A stretch of 64,000 nt of DNA, taken from assembly GCA_038874135.1 (NCBI GenBank), contig JAVZCZ010000001.1:544001-608000 (forward strand), read 5' to 3'. The notes beneath the pieces were generated by a model, which was given only the letters and a program-made list of their open reading frames with translations, made no database searches and was not told the origin of the DNA. Shown in pieces: positions 1 to 10,360 of this stretch (the stretch's first letter is position 1; every line of letters begins with the position of its first letter). The DNA is from Candidatus Woesearchaeota archaeon (GTDB taxonomy: Archaea > Nanobdellota > Nanobdellia > Woesearchaeales > 0-14-0-80-44-23). Position numbers and translations under genes: made by a program.

Positions 1-192
1 GCCATGAAATTTAGGAGATAATGCAACTTTAAAAAACTTACTGAAAAAAGTTCTCAAAATTTTAACGGCCGTCACTTCTATTCTTTAAAATATAAATTAA
101 AAAATTATAAAACTTATAAATTGAATCAGATTATGCAAGGCACATGTGGGGAAAAATCGTTTTAATTTCTCTATCAACTTTCGTGGAGGAAG

Positions 193-1062
193 ATGCAAAT
201 GAGTGCTGAAAGAAGATACAACCTTGAGGAGATAATAAGCGAGAACGACAAAAACAAGCTGCTTGCCCTTCTTAAAGAGAGAAAGATAAGTGCAGCACAG
301 TTTGATGCAATAATAGACCAGCTTCAGAATCATGACCCTGCGGTAAAGCATTACGAACACCACTGGGGACAAAACCATATAAAGATTGCACTGATGAGCG
401 ACCTTCACATAGGCAGCAAGTTTGCAAGCAAAGCCAACATAAATGACGCTTTCAAGAGGAGCAAGGATGAAGGCGTAGAAGCAATATATATTGCCGGCGA
501 TATAACTGAGGGCTACAACATGAGACCTGGGCACAGCTTTGAATGCGTACTACACGGAGCTGATGATCAGATTCAGGGAGTAGTTAACACGATACCTAAC
601 ATAGGCAAACCGATATACTTCATAACTGGAGATCATGATTACAGCCACTTTAAAAGGCAGAAGATTGAGGTTGGTAAGCATATTGAAGAATTAAGAAGTG
701 ACATGCACTATCTGGGAATGTTTGATGCGCATATTGAGTTCAGCAAGAACACTGTGCTCACTCTGAGCCACCCTGCAAAAGGAACTGCGTACGCAGTGAG
801 CTACCACCCGCAGAAGATGGTTGAGGCTTTCAGTGGAGGTGAAAAGCCTAACATACTCGCAATTGGGCACTATCACAAGATTGAATATCTGTTTTATAGG
901 AACATTCACGTATTCCAGACGGGATGCTTACAAAAGCAGACTGACTGGATGAGGAGAATGAACATAAGTGCTCACGAAGGATTCTGGATTCTCGACATCT
1001 ACATGAAAAAGAACGGGGAAATTGACAGAATAGATATGAAGATGTTCCCTTATTACAAGTAG
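193..1062 (+). CDS. Calcineurin-like metallophosphoesterase
   Basis: Motifs SDLHIG, AGDITEG, TGDHD, SHP, GHYH in canonical order. Confidence 0.85.
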   Translation: MQMSAERRYNLEEIISENDKNKLLALLKERKISAAQFDAIIDQLQNHDPAVKHYEHHWGQNHIKIALMSDLHIGSKFASKANINDAFKRSKDEGVEAIYIAGDITEGYNMRPGHSFECVLHGADDQIQGVVNTIPNIGKPIYFITGDHDYSHFKRQKIEVGKHIEELRSDMHYLGMFDAHIEFSKNTVLTLSHPAKGTAYAVSYHPQKMVEAFSGGEKPNILAIGHYHKIEYLFYRNIHVFQTGCLQKQTDWMRRMNISAHEGFWILDIYMKKNGEIDRIDMKMFPYYK

Positions 1063-1064
1063 TT

Positions 1065-1517
1065 TTAGTTGTTTTTTACCAAATTATTTATTTCCTCTTC
1101 ACTAATCTTGCCTACTGTGTCAAACATGCTTCTAAGCCCCTTAGCAAGGGACTTCTCATCTGAGATTAGTGTGTGAAGGTGAGGCGCCACGCTCCATTTA
1201 ATGTCCTCTGCATTCGGATTTATGAATATGAGTTTTAACCTAGGTATATCCTTCAAGGATTGCCACGCCTGAATAACTGCTTTAAGATTTGCTTCAGTAT
1301 TAAAGAACAGCGCAGTTATATCTGAATCTTGCAACCTCTGAATTTGGGATGGCTCGGGCTCAATTAAGAATGTACACTTCTTACCGCCAGCATAAAAGAC
1401 TTCTAAGCCGGATTCAGTATCACTAATTTTTAATATCTTCTTCTCTAAAGAGTCCCTGCTATACAGGTAGTTTTTAAGCCAGTTTTTCAGCCATTCAAAT
1501 CTTTCCTTGTCCTGCAT
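1065..1517 (-). CDS. Hypothetical protein
   Basis: 150-aa ORF filling the gap between two + strand genes; no recognised motif. Confidence 0.7.
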   Translation of the reverse strand: MQDKERFEWLKNWLKNYLYSRDSLEKKILKISDTESGLEVFYAGGKKCTFLIEPEPSQIQRLQDSDITALFFNTEANLKAVIQAWQSLKDIPRLKLIFINPNAEDIKWSVAPHLHTLISDEKSLAKGLRSMFDTVGKISEEEINNLVKNN

Positions 1518-1591
1518 TACTCCTGTTGGTAGGGGAGCAATATATAAAATTTGTCAAAGGTTTTAAAAGCAGAATTAGAAATCCTAAGATT

Positions 1592-3298
1592 ATGGATATG
1601 GTAGATGATTTGAGAGAAGCTGCAGTTGAGATTGCAGAAAAAATAATTCGTAAGAACGCTTGCACCGCAGATGAGATAAACAGTATAAAGAAGGAGATCT
1701 GCCAAAAGCACCACATAAAAAGATATCTTACAAATATTGAGCTTTTATCCTTAATCCCTGAAGACAAGAGAGAGCTTCTCAGAGATGTGCTTATGAAAAA
1801 GCCAATTAGAACTCTCTCAGGAGTTTCTGTAGTTTCAATAATGACTAAGCCGGCCCCATGCCCTCACGGAAGATGTTCCTACTGCCCCGGAGGCCCTAAT
1901 TCTTTCTTCGGGGATGTTCCTCAGAGCTACACTGGAAGGGAGCCGGCCGCCATGCGCGCCATAAACTGCAACTTTGACCCGTACCTTCAAGTGATGAACA
2001 GACTTGAGCAGTACTGCGCTGCTGGCCATTCCCCAGAAAAGATTGAGCTGATAATCATGGGAGGCACATTTCCCGCACTCGCAGAAGAGTATCAGCAAGA
2101 TTTTGTGACTTATGCTTTTAAGGCTATGAATGATTTTTCAAAAAATTTTTATGAAGGAAAAGAGTTCTCAAGCACTAAGTTCAACAGCTTCTTTGAGATG
2201 CCATCTCAAATAAAGGATAAGGATAGAACTGCGCGAGTTCAAAAGCGCCTTCTGGATTTGAAGGGGAGTTCCTCTCTTGAAGTAGAACAGGATTATAATG
2301 AGCACTTTTCAAGAATAAAATGCGTGGCAATGTGTATAGAAACAAGACCTGACTACTGCAGAGAGAAGCAAATAAATGAGATGTTGAAGCTGGGCACCAC
2401 AAGGGTTGAGCTTGGAGTTGAAAGCATATATGAGGATGTTTTGAAAAGGATTAAGCGGGGGCACAGCGTTTCGGATGTTATAGCTGCAACAAAACTGATG
2501 AAGGACGCATTTCTTAAGGTTGGATACCACATCATGCCTGGGCTTCCTGGAAGCAGTAAAGAATCGGATATTGTGATGTTTCGCGAAATCTTTGAAAATC
2601 CGGATTTCAGGCCTGACAATTTAAAAATATATCCGTGTATGGTTCTTAGAGGCACTGAGCTTTATGATGAGTGGAAGGCTGGGATTTTTACTCCTCTTAA
2701 TGCTGATGCTGCTGCAGAAATCATAGCTGAAGGCAAGAGGTTTGTTCCCGAATGGTGCAGGATCATGCGTGTTCAGAGGGACATTCCTACAAAGTTTACT
2801 GAGGCGGGTGTAGAGATGACAAACTTGAGACAGCTAGTTGCGCTCAAATTAAAAGAGAAGAGATTTTCTTGTAAATGTATAAGATGTAGGGAAGCTCGTG
2901 CTGTAAGTAGTGAAGGTTTTATTGTTAAAGTTTTGGAATATGAAGCTAGTGGTGGAACTGAGGTTTTCATACAGGCTGAGGATAAGTCAAATTCTGCACT
3001 ACTGGGATTTGCCCGTTTAAGGATTCCTGGAACTGCTTGGAGGAGTGAGATTCTTCCTGAAAGTGCGGGCATAAGGGAGTTGCATGTTTATGGAAGGTCA
3101 TTGCCTTTGGGAAAAAGGCGTGAGGGTGCTGTGCAGCACCTTGGCATTGGAAAAGCTCTCATGGCTGAGGCGGAGCATATTGCAAAAAACAAGTTTGGGA
3201 TTAAACACATTTATGTCATTTCAGGCATAGGGGTCAGGGAATATTACAGGAAGCTTGGCTACTTAAGAGCTGGTGCTTACATGAAGAAGGATTTATAA
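1592..3298 (+). CDS. elp3: Elp3 tRNA uridine(34) acetyltransferase (radical SAM + GNAT)
   Basis: CPHGRCSYCPGG, QSYTGxEP, ETRPD, RELHVYG, QHLGIG, ISGIGVREYY; start moved to ATG 1592. Confidence 0.95.
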   Translation: MDMVDDLREAAVEIAEKIIRKNACTADEINSIKKEICQKHHIKRYLTNIELLSLIPEDKRELLRDVLMKKPIRTLSGVSVVSIMTKPAPCPHGRCSYCPGGPNSFFGDVPQSYTGREPAAMRAINCNFDPYLQVMNRLEQYCAAGHSPEKIELIIMGGTFPALAEEYQQDFVTYAFKAMNDFSKNFYEGKEFSSTKFNSFFEMPSQIKDKDRTARVQKRLLDLKGSSSLEVEQDYNEHFSRIKCVAMCIETRPDYCREKQINEMLKLGTTRVELGVESIYEDVLKRIKRGHSVSDVIAATKLMKDAFLKVGYHIMPGLPGSSKESDIVMFREIFENPDFRPDNLKIYPCMVLRGTELYDEWKAGIFTPLNADAAAEIIAEGKRFVPEWCRIMRVQRDIPTKFTEAGVEMTNLRQLVALKLKEKRFSCKCIRCREARAVSSEGFIVKVLEYEASGGTEVFIQAEDKSNSALLGFARLRIPGTAWRSEILPESAGIRELHVYGRSLPLGKRREGAVQHLGIGKALMAEAEHIAKNKFGIKHIYVISGIGVREYYRKLGYLRAGAYMKKDL

Positions 3299-3332
3299 AG
3301 TTGAGATTTATACAAATGACTTTGGTGAAAAG

Positions 3333-3626
3333 ATGGGGAGAATAAGAAGAATTGTTTTAGATGTTGTGAAACCTCACGAGCCGAGAATAGATGTGCTGGC
3401 ATCTAAACTTAGTGACATTGAAGGTACTGACGGGGTAGATATTGTAGTTTATGGTATAGAAAAAGATGTTGAAAGTATAAAAATAACAATAGAGGGTTCT
3501 AATATAAATTTGGAAAAAACAGAAAGAATTATAGAAGACTTCGGGGCGCACGTGCACAGCATTGATAAGGTCACTTGCGGTGCAAGGGTAGTTGAAGAAG
3601 CTGAAACGCCTCAGGATGTTGACTAG
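3333..3626 (+). CDS. DUF211 family protein
   Basis: IRRIVLDVVKPH and GAHVHSIDKV signatures; adjacent to a VIT1-like gene. Confidence 0.85.
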   Translation: MGRIRRIVLDVVKPHEPRIDVLASKLSDIEGTDGVDIVVYGIEKDVESIKITIEGSNINLEKTERIIEDFGAHVHSIDKVTCGARVVEEAETPQDVD

Positions 3627-3639
3627 GATCTTTTAGAAA

Positions 3640-4245
3640 ATGGAGATAATACCTCTCAGGATTAAGATTAAGAACCTATTTTCAGAGCTGAGAGATTACA
3701 ATAGAATTGCTGAGATAGGTACTATTGCGAGAAGGTATTTCTTAATAAACACTTTTGACGGAGTTATGACTGTGCTGGGAATCATTCTTGGAAACTGGAT
3801 GGCGGGCTCCGACAATCCTGCTGTGATTCTTAAGATTGGATTTGCTACGAGCATCTCCATAGCAATCTCTGGAGTTTGGGGTGCGTATGCTGCTGAAACT
3901 TCAGAAAGAATTAGAGAGATAAAAAATATGAGCAGGGCGGTTATGAAGAATATAGGAAACACCAAGATTGGCAGGGCTCACAGGTTTGCAAGCTTTGTAA
4001 TTGCAATTGTAGATGGAATTGCTCCAATATTGACTGCAGTGTTACTGCTGCTCCCATTCTTTTTTACTCAGCTGAGTATAGGAAAGATGTACGCTGCAAG
4101 TATACTCCTATCATTTTTTGTCCTAGCAGTCCTTGGAGTTTTCAGCGCTGCAATCTCTAAGGAGAAAATATTCCCTTCTGTAATAAGAATGGTGCTGGCG
4201 GGTGTTACCTCTGCAGTTGTTGGACATCTCATACTTAATTCTTAA
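3640..4245 (+). CDS. VIT1/CCC1 family membrane transporter
   Basis: [21 protein letters not shown], about 5 hydrophobic segments. Confidence 0.8.
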   Translation: MEIIPLRIKIKNLFSELRDYNRIAEIGTIARRYFLINTFDGVMTVLGIILGNWMAGSDNPAVILKIGFATSISIAISGVWGAYAAETSERIREIKNMSRAVMKNIGNTKIGRAHRFASFVIAIVDGIAPILTAVLLLLPFFFTQLSIGKMYAASILLSFFVLAVLGVFSAAISKEKIFPSVIRMVLAGVTSAVVGHLILNS

Positions 4246-5761
4246 GCTCGCTAAAATGCAGCTGGCTCTTTTGTAAATCTTTTTTTGCAAAGTCCTGAAA
4301 ATTTGGAATCTTAACAGGAATTGCAAACTTTGAGAAGTTGCTAGAAATTATGGCTTCGCCAACATCCAAAGATGCTATGCTTCTGGAATCGTCAGAGAGG
4401 TCTTGAGCAGCAGAGTCTATTATCGCTTGTCTCTCAGCCTGCATCTCCAACCCCAAGATAATCTTGGTGTTCATGTTTGCAAGAATATCCTTAGGAATTA
4501 GGGAGGGAAGCTGAGTTATTGCTAGAAGTCCCACATTAAACTTTCTTCCCTCACGCGCTATGGTTGAAAAGATGTTAGGCCCCCTTTCCAGAACGCTCTT
4601 ACCCAGAACTCTTAATGCTTCTTCTAGTATTATGAGAGCAACTGCTCCGCTCTCATCTCCCGAACTCTTGGCATGTCTATATCTTGAGTATAACTCTGAA
4701 GCCAGCAGTGAGCCTATCAGCAGTTCTGCATCACCTGAAAAGGAAGAAGTGTCAATTATGACTATCATGCCTTTCCTTATCTTCTCAACAATGTCCTTCA
4801 CTGTTGTAGTACCAACATTCAGATCAAAAACGCCTGAAGGAATTATCCTCTTATCATTATCTTCCTCTTCAATGTTTAAGTCCAGCAGCCCTGCTATTCT
4901 CCTTCGCACCACATTCAGCGTTTCCTCTCTAAATTCAAAGTCAAGTTTCCTTTCAAGAAGAAGGGCTTCAATCCAGTTCTCTCCGTACTTCTTGTAGTAT
5001 GCTGATATTGCCTCCTGCTGAGGATCGCTCCAAACCACAAATTGGAAGTGGGAAGGCTTAAGAGATGCTACATTTATCTTAAGAGTAAAGCATCCCGGCG
5101 GGGGATTTGCTGGCGTGAAGTAGGCAATTTTGCCCCGGTTCGGATGGTCTTTCAGTCCAAAAGAGTTTCTTCCATAGTATTCATCGTGAGGGTCAAGCAC
5201 TAGTGCGCCTGCATAGTCCTCTGAAGCTATGCTCCAGAGCATGCACTTTGTAAGATTTGACTTGCCCCTTCCAGTGGTTGCAGGTATCAGTATGTGGTGT
5301 TTAAGCACTTCCCTGCCATTGAGAAAAACTGGAGAGGAAAGCATCTTTGAACCTGAGCGCACATTCCCTATAAACAGCGGATTGACTGGTTTGTGCAGAA
5401 AGGACAAGTCGGATTCTCTAATTCTCCTAAGGTCTGAAAAGAAGTCCGGAAGGGCTTTTGAGATGAATATTCCATTATTATTTATCGTTATAAGCCCTTT
5501 AAGCATTAGAAGGTTGTAATTTCTTATCTGAGAATCAAAGAATTGCAGCCCTGCTGAGTGCTCAAGTGCAAGCCCGGATGCGAGTTCAAGATTCTGTTCA
5601 GAAAGCTGGCTTCCATAGTTTAAATCGTAAACTTGAAGTATCATCTTATAATCCTGCCCTTCTGCCACTAGGAGCTCTCCTAACTCCACGCCTGCCTTAG
5701 ATTTCTCTCTAGCTACAATCCTTCCAAACCCGCCTGAAATTATCTTCGCAACAGAGTCCAT
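4235..5761 (-). CDS. herA: HerA-family ATPase/helicase (HAS barrel + DUF87)
   Basis: Walker A variant [33 protein letters not shown]; start moved to MDSVAK. Confidence 0.8.
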   Translation of the reverse strand: MDSVAKIISGGFGRIVAREKSKAGVELGELLVAEGQDYKMILQVYDLNYGSQLSEQNLELASGLALEHSAGLQFFDSQIRNYNLLMLKGLITINNNGIFISKALPDFFSDLRRIRESDLSFLHKPVNPLFIGNVRSGSKMLSSPVFLNGREVLKHHILIPATTGRGKSNLTKCMLWSIASEDYAGALVLDPHDEYYGRNSFGLKDHPNRGKIAYFTPANPPPGCFTLKINVASLKPSHFQFVVWSDPQQEAISAYYKKYGENWIEALLLERKLDFEFREETLNVVRRRIAGLLDLNIEEEDNDKRIIPSGVFDLNVGTTTVKDIVEKIRKGMIVIIDTSSFSGDAELLIGSLLASELYSRYRHAKSSGDESGAVALIILEEALRVLGKSVLERGPNIFSTIAREGRKFNVGLLAITQLPSLIPKDILANMNTKIILGLEMQAERQAIIDSAAQDLSDDSRSIASLDVGEAIISSNFSKFAIPVKIPNFQDFAKKDLQKSQLHFSELKN

Positions 5762-5845
5762 ACAGAATGAGAGGGTAAGCATGTATAAAAGATTTAGCAT
5801 TTTTCCAAATAGAAAGATTTTAAAGCATTTTGAGAATAACACTCT

Positions 5846-6115
5846 TGAAGGCTAGGCCGGGGAATTAGTCCTTCCCTGTAACTGTAAACGGACTCATGAC
5901 AGGGCCGAATGCGGGGGGGCGGGGCATGCTCGGCATGCTGGCCTTGGGCTTTACTGTGAGGCCTTGTCCGTCAGGACTACTGGTTTGGGAATCGTGTCAG
6001 GTCCGGAAGGAAGCAGCACTAACCATTCCAGATGGTGCTTGGCGGGAAGCAGGGTTGAGGATGGCTCAAGAAAAACCAGCGTGTTCCTGCATTCTTCAAC
6101 CTCCCGATGCCTTCA
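5846..6115 (+). ncRNA. ffs: Archaeal SRP (7S) RNA
   Basis: Helix 8 motif GTCAGGTCCGGAAGGAAGCAGC; Alu UGUAA and AGUCC/GGACU loop-loop pair; terminal helix TGAAGGC/GCCTTCA; upstream TATA and downstream T-run. Confidence 0.93.
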
Positions 6116-6126
6116 CCTCTTTTAAC

Positions 6127-6894
6127 TTAGAATGTCACAAATTTTAAGGGAAATTTTGATTTTGAAATTTCTAATTGCATCTCATTTTTTATTGCGAATT
6201 CAGCCATCCCGTCCAGCACTACTACACTCTTATAAAGGTTTAGTTGGGGAATGATTATTACCTTGTTTGAGAAGCCTCTCAGCATCTTAGGCTTGAAGAG
6301 ACGTCCAAAGTATGGCTCTCTAACTATATATTGAAGGCGTGTTGAAGTGATAGGAAGTTCAAGCCCGCCTGCTGAGGATGCCCAGGCGTGAGAGCCGCTC
6401 GGAGTTGACACTATTACTCCTGAGGAGAGTTGAAATTCTTTATTGCGCCCTATTCTGAGATAATACCTAAATGGTCTGTAGGATTTTTCTGAGCCGACAA
6501 ATACCTCGTTAAGTGCTGGCGGGAGTTCTCTCCTGCCAATCTTGGCTGAAGCCCTGAGAAGCTTTAAAATTTTGAATTTTCCCTCTGCCAGGAGTGCTGC
6601 TGTTTTAGATATCTCGTTAAGATTCGCTCTGGCGTAGAATCCTTCGCTTTTATCATTATTTGGATTTATGCAGAGCATCGGCATTTTTATGTTCTTTCTC
6701 GCTGCTGAGAGAAATGTGCCATCTCCGCCTAGGACTATTGCAATGTCCGCTTCTGAGAAGGCTTTTGGTGTGAGTAGGTCTCTTTCTATGCATCTTGTGA
6801 GAATTCCACAATTCTTCAAAGCTTTGCAGGCAAAATTTATGCTACTCTTTGGAAGATCTCCTTTAAATATTAGAAGAGCTGATTGTACATTCAT
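6127..6894 (-). CDS. nadK: NAD(+) kinase
   Basis: GGDGTFL, ALNE, STPSGSHAW motifs. Confidence 0.85.
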   Translation of the reverse strand: MNVQSALLIFKGDLPKSSINFACKALKNCGILTRCIERDLLTPKAFSEADIAIVLGGDGTFLSAARKNIKMPMLCINPNNDKSEGFYARANLNEISKTAALLAEGKFKILKLLRASAKIGRRELPPALNEVFVGSEKSYRPFRYYLRIGRNKEFQLSSGVIVSTPSGSHAWASSAGGLELPITSTRLQYIVREPYFGRLFKPKMLRGFSNKVIIIPQLNLYKSVVVLDGMAEFAIKNEMQLEISKSKFPLKFVTF

Positions 6895-6927
6895 AAAATC
6901 CTGTTTGCAGTTGTACCTTAAATAGTT

Positions 6928-7677
6928 TTACCCTTTATTTTGAAAGAGTTCAGATATTGTAACCGGCTTGAGTCCCATCATCTGGATATATTCAAGGATT
7001 TCCGGAAGAGCCTTGAGCGTTGCCTTATTGTCCATTATGTTCTTTATGTAAGATTTTGAATCGTGCATAAGAATTATGTCTCCCGGCTTTATTTTTCTCA
7101 GAACTAATCCTTCTATCATCTTCTTTCGCATAAGCCCATAGGAAGAATCATATGTTCTGAGGCTCCACATCACCATCTTATAATTTGATTCTAAAACTGC
7201 CTTCTTCACAAACCTGTTGTAAAGCCCGTAGGGAGGTCTGAAATATTTTGTCCTTCTGCCTGTTGCTTTAAGTATGGCAAGTTCGCAGAGCTCAATTTCT
7301 CTCCTTATTGTTAATGGAATCACTGAAGTAAGTGCAAAGTGGCTGTAGGTGTGATTACCCAGCTCGTGCCCCTCTCTTACTATGCGCCGGCATATATCCG
7401 GATACCTTTGAACATTCTTTCCTGTTAGGAAAAAGGTTGCCTTAGCCTCGTGTTCTTTTAGAATATCCAGGATTTCAGGAGTAAAGCTGGGTGTGGGACC
7501 GTCATCAAATGTGAGTGCAATGTTATTTTTTGCGTGTGGGTTAAATCTAAGTATGCCAGCTTCCTGCTTTCTACTTTCTAGCACCAACCTTCCAGTGCGC
7601 AGGATCTTCAGTGGAATTTGAGCTGTTTCTTTAATAATGTGAACTGCCTTTTTTGGCTGTATGCTTATTCCTAACAT
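6928..7677 (-). CDS. Polysaccharide deacetylase (CE4/NodB)
   Basis: TFDDGP, GNHTYSH, FRPPYG, IILMHD. Confidence 0.92.
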   Translation of the reverse strand: MLGISIQPKKAVHIIKETAQIPLKILRTGRLVLESRKQEAGILRFNPHAKNNIALTFDDGPTPSFTPEILDILKEHEAKATFFLTGKNVQRYPDICRRIVREGHELGNHTYSHFALTSVIPLTIRREIELCELAILKATGRRTKYFRPPYGLYNRFVKKAVLESNYKMVMWSLRTYDSSYGLMRKKMIEGLVLRKIKPGDIILMHDSKSYIKNIMDNKATLKALPEILEYIQMMGLKPVTISELFQNKG

Positions 7678-7764
7678 TTTTCTTGAATTTTTTCAGGAGT
7701 ATTTAAAAGTTTTTGGATTAATTTTTCAGAAAGATTTATTATTAATTAAGAATTTTAAAAGGTT

Positions 7765-9042
7765 ATGAAAATATTTTCAGATCTGCACATACATGGTAGG
7801 TATTCCAGAGCAACTTCAAAGGAGCTTAGCATAGAAAATTTGGAGAGATATGCGCGCATAAAGGGGCTTAACCTTCTGGGAACTGGAGACTTCACGCACC
7901 CATTATGGCTTAAAGAGTTAAAAGAGCGCCTGCACGAGGATGGAAGCGGAATATTAAGCACTAGCAGCGGCTTTAAGTTCCTGCTGCAGGCAGAAGTTTC
8001 TCTTATGTACTCACAAGGGGATAAGGCGAGAAAGATTCACCTAGTGCTTTTTGCTCCTGAATTTGAAAGCGTTGAAAGAATAAACAAATGGCTCTCAACA
8101 AAGGGAAGGCTGGACTACGATGGAAGGCCAATATTTGGAATGAGCGCTCCGGAATTTACTGAAAGGATTAAAGACATTGATGAAAGAGTAGAAATTGTGC
8201 CAGCTCACGCCTGGACGCCCTGGTTTGGAATATTCGGATCGGCAACTGGCTTTGATTCTATAGAGGAATGCTTTCAGGATCAGAGCAGACACATTAAAAT
8301 GTTAGAAACTGGGCTTTCCAGTGATCCTGAGATGAATTGGAGAATCTCAAAATTGGACAAGTACTCGCTAATCTCAAACTCAGACAGCCACTCCTTCTGG
8401 CCATGGCGTATTGGCAGGGAGTTAAATGTGAATGAGCTTAAAGAATTAAGTTATGAGAACCTGATAAGAAGCTTTGTAACAAGGCACAACTTCATGGAGA
8501 CTATAGAGGTTGATCCGGCATATGGAAAATACCACTTTGATGGGCACAGGGGCTGCCGAGTTTCAATGAGTCCTCAGGAGGCGATGCGGCATAAGAATAT
8601 ATGCCCTGTTTGCGGAAGGCCTCTCACTATAGGCGTAATGCACCGCGTTGAAGAGTTGGCTGACAGGCCTCCTGGATTTGTTCCTGAAGGTGCGGTTCCC
8701 TTTAGAAGGATTATACCGCTTGCAGAGTTGATAAGTGCAGTGCTGGGAGGCGGGCTTTCGTCGCGCGCTGTCACTAATACTTACTACTCAATCATAAAAG
8801 AATTTGGCTCTGAACTTGAAGTGCTTCTTAATGCTGAAGAGGATAAATTAAAAAGAATCTGCGGAAGGGAACTTGCTGAGGTAATAATGCAGAACAGGGC
8901 TGGAAAGCTGAATGTGGTCCCGGGCTATGATGGCGTGTATGGAACTCTGAATCTTGGAAACAAAAAGGTTATTATCGGAGATGATGAGCCTCAGTCAAAA
9001 AGAGAGGGCAGGTATACTCAGAAAGGCTTGTTAGAATTCTAA
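7765..9042 (+). CDS. endoQ: Endonuclease Q (PHP domain + Zn finger)
   Basis: DLHIHGRYSRATS, GTGDFTHP, PAHAWTPWF, NSDSHS, GKYHFDGHRGC, CPVCG, PGYDGVYG; C-terminal PIP box QKGLLEF. Confidence 0.88.
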   Translation: MKIFSDLHIHGRYSRATSKELSIENLERYARIKGLNLLGTGDFTHPLWLKELKERLHEDGSGILSTSSGFKFLLQAEVSLMYSQGDKARKIHLVLFAPEFESVERINKWLSTKGRLDYDGRPIFGMSAPEFTERIKDIDERVEIVPAHAWTPWFGIFGSATGFDSIEECFQDQSRHIKMLETGLSSDPEMNWRISKLDKYSLISNSDSHSFWPWRIGRELNVNELKELSYENLIRSFVTRHNFMETIEVDPAYGKYHFDGHRGCRVSMSPQEAMRHKNICPVCGRPLTIGVMHRVEELADRPPGFVPEGAVPFRRIIPLAELISAVLGGGLSSRAVTNTYYSIIKEFGSELEVLLNAEEDKLKRICGRELAEVIMQNRAGKLNVVPGYDGVYGTLNLGNKKVIIGDDEPQSKREGRYTQKGLLEF

Positions 9043-9047
9043 CCTGT

Positions 9048-9536
9048 TTAAAAGTAGTCGTCATAATAATTAGGCCTGACTGCTCCTCCGCACATCTCTG
9101 CAACTTTTTGTATGAATGCGTCTGCCCTGTCATAGTATTCCTTAATCCTATCAATGTCTATGTTTAATGTTTCGCGAGGGCTAAACTGGACTATCATTGT
9201 AACATGCCTTCTGTACTCTTCAACCTTCTTGTATTCCGAGCGGAGTATTTTTCTCAGGAGCAGAAAGAATTCTATCTCGTTAAGAATGTCCGGTCTATCC
9301 TTGTAAAGTGCTTGGAGCTCCTTGCACTTTATGCCCACATTTTTTGAATATGACTGAATCTTCTTCTGATTCTTCGCTTCTTCAAGCAGCGCTGTTATTG
9401 CCTTTTCATACGCTGTTGCCAGGCGCTCCACGATGGATCTTATAACATCCACCGTCCTGGTATATTTCAGACTCACATAGATTAGGTGATCAGCCCTTTT
9501 CATCTCTTCAAATGCTTCTCCGAGAGCTTCATTCAT
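9048..9536 (-). CDS. Hypothetical helical protein, possibly HEPN-like
   Basis: 162-aa ORF coupled to upstream ORF; pattern A-x-E-E-M-K-R-A-D-H and EYRRH. Confidence 0.7.
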   Translation of the reverse strand: MNEALGEAFEEMKRADHLIYVSLKYTRTVDVIRSIVERLATAYEKAITALLEEAKNQKKIQSYSKNVGIKCKELQALYKDRPDILNEIEFFLLLRKILRSEYKKVEEYRRHVTMIVQFSPRETLNIDIDRIKEYYDRADAFIQKVAEMCGGAVRPNYYDDYF

Positions 9537-10002
9537 TTTGGTTCGTGATGGCAGAAAGTTCTTCTATAAATATTTTTGTTTTAAGCACATATCCCTTCAG
9601 CTGTTCATAACTGAGCATCCTGGTTTTAAACTTGTCATCGCAGATTATAAACTTTCCATCCCTTACAAACTCTACAGGACTTTTTTTGTGCTCTTCTATT
9701 ATATTAAACATTTCTAAAGCAACTGTAGCGTAAGAAAAGCTTAGGCCGTTTCTTTTTAACGATTCTTTAAATGCTGGAAGGCGATCTAAAAAAGAATCAT
9801 TTTTAGGAGGGTGCATCTTGAATTTTTTCAGCTCTTTTCTCAGCAGAGAGTTCAGTGCAGTGTACATTGCTAAGAAGGTGTTCTCCAGAGCGGGGAGGAA
9901 GAGCCGAGCGTTCTTGTTTTGAGGATAGATGAAGTTCAAGATGTTTTCTGCAGCAGCAAGATAGCTCCTGGCAGTACCCCTCAACTCGCCGGCCTCAGCC
10001 AT
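9529..10002 (-). CDS. Hypothetical helical protein, probable distant paralog of 9048-9536
   Basis: 157-aa ORF with TATA upstream; similar length and helix pattern to neighbour. Confidence 0.7.
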   Translation of the reverse strand: MAEAGELRGTARSYLAAAENILNFIYPQNKNARLFLPALENTFLAMYTALNSLLRKELKKFKMHPPKNDSFLDRLPAFKESLKRNGLSFSYATVALEMFNIIEEHKKSPVEFVRDGKFIICDDKFKTRMLSYEQLKGYVLKTKIFIEELSAITNQNE

Positions 10003-10053
10003 TTCTTATAAAATATTGTTTTGACATTTTTAAAAGTTTTCAAGAAGATGGAG

Positions 10054-10184
10054 TGCGGGGAGTAGGATTTGAACCCACGTAGGCACTAAGCCAGCAGATG
10101 GCTCACGCGGAATAGCTCATCGGCAGCTGCCTCGCCACTCAAGCAACTTGAGTCTGCCCCGTTTGGCCACTCCGGCATCCCCGC
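10054..10184 (-). tRNA. tRNA-Leu(CAA) with 47-nt intron at 37/38 (10100-10146)
   Basis: Acceptor GCGGGGA/TCCCCGC-A, anticodon arm GCAGA-CT-CAA-G[intron]A-TCTGC, long variable arm, GGTTCAAATCC; BHB CTCA/TGAG with bulges AG|T and CC|A. Confidence 0.95.
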
Positions 10185-10282
10185 ACGGCATTATGGCTGA
10201 GCTGCTGCTTTAAAAAGTTTTCTCAGGTTTCTAACCTTTTTTAAAGAAATATTTATAAAATGCAGGAGGCTCCTCTCTTCCG

Positions 10283-10360
10283 ATGAAAGCCCTGCTCAAG
10301 ATTGACGGATTTAAGAGTTCTGGAGCATTGTTTGACACAGTCAGCAGTTTTGGAAGATAG
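10283..10360 (+). CDS. Putative 25-aa leader peptide MKALLKIDGFKSSGALFDTVSSFGR
   Basis: ATG 24 nt after TTTATAAA (10252-10259); ends 58 nt before the dhs-like gene, which has its own GGAGG SD. Confidence 0.4.
   Translation: MKALLKIDGFKSSGALFDTVSSFGR

Noticed and set aside
5896-6147. 83-aa ORF in the track
   Set aside because: Lies within the SRP RNA gene; GC-rich shadow ORF.
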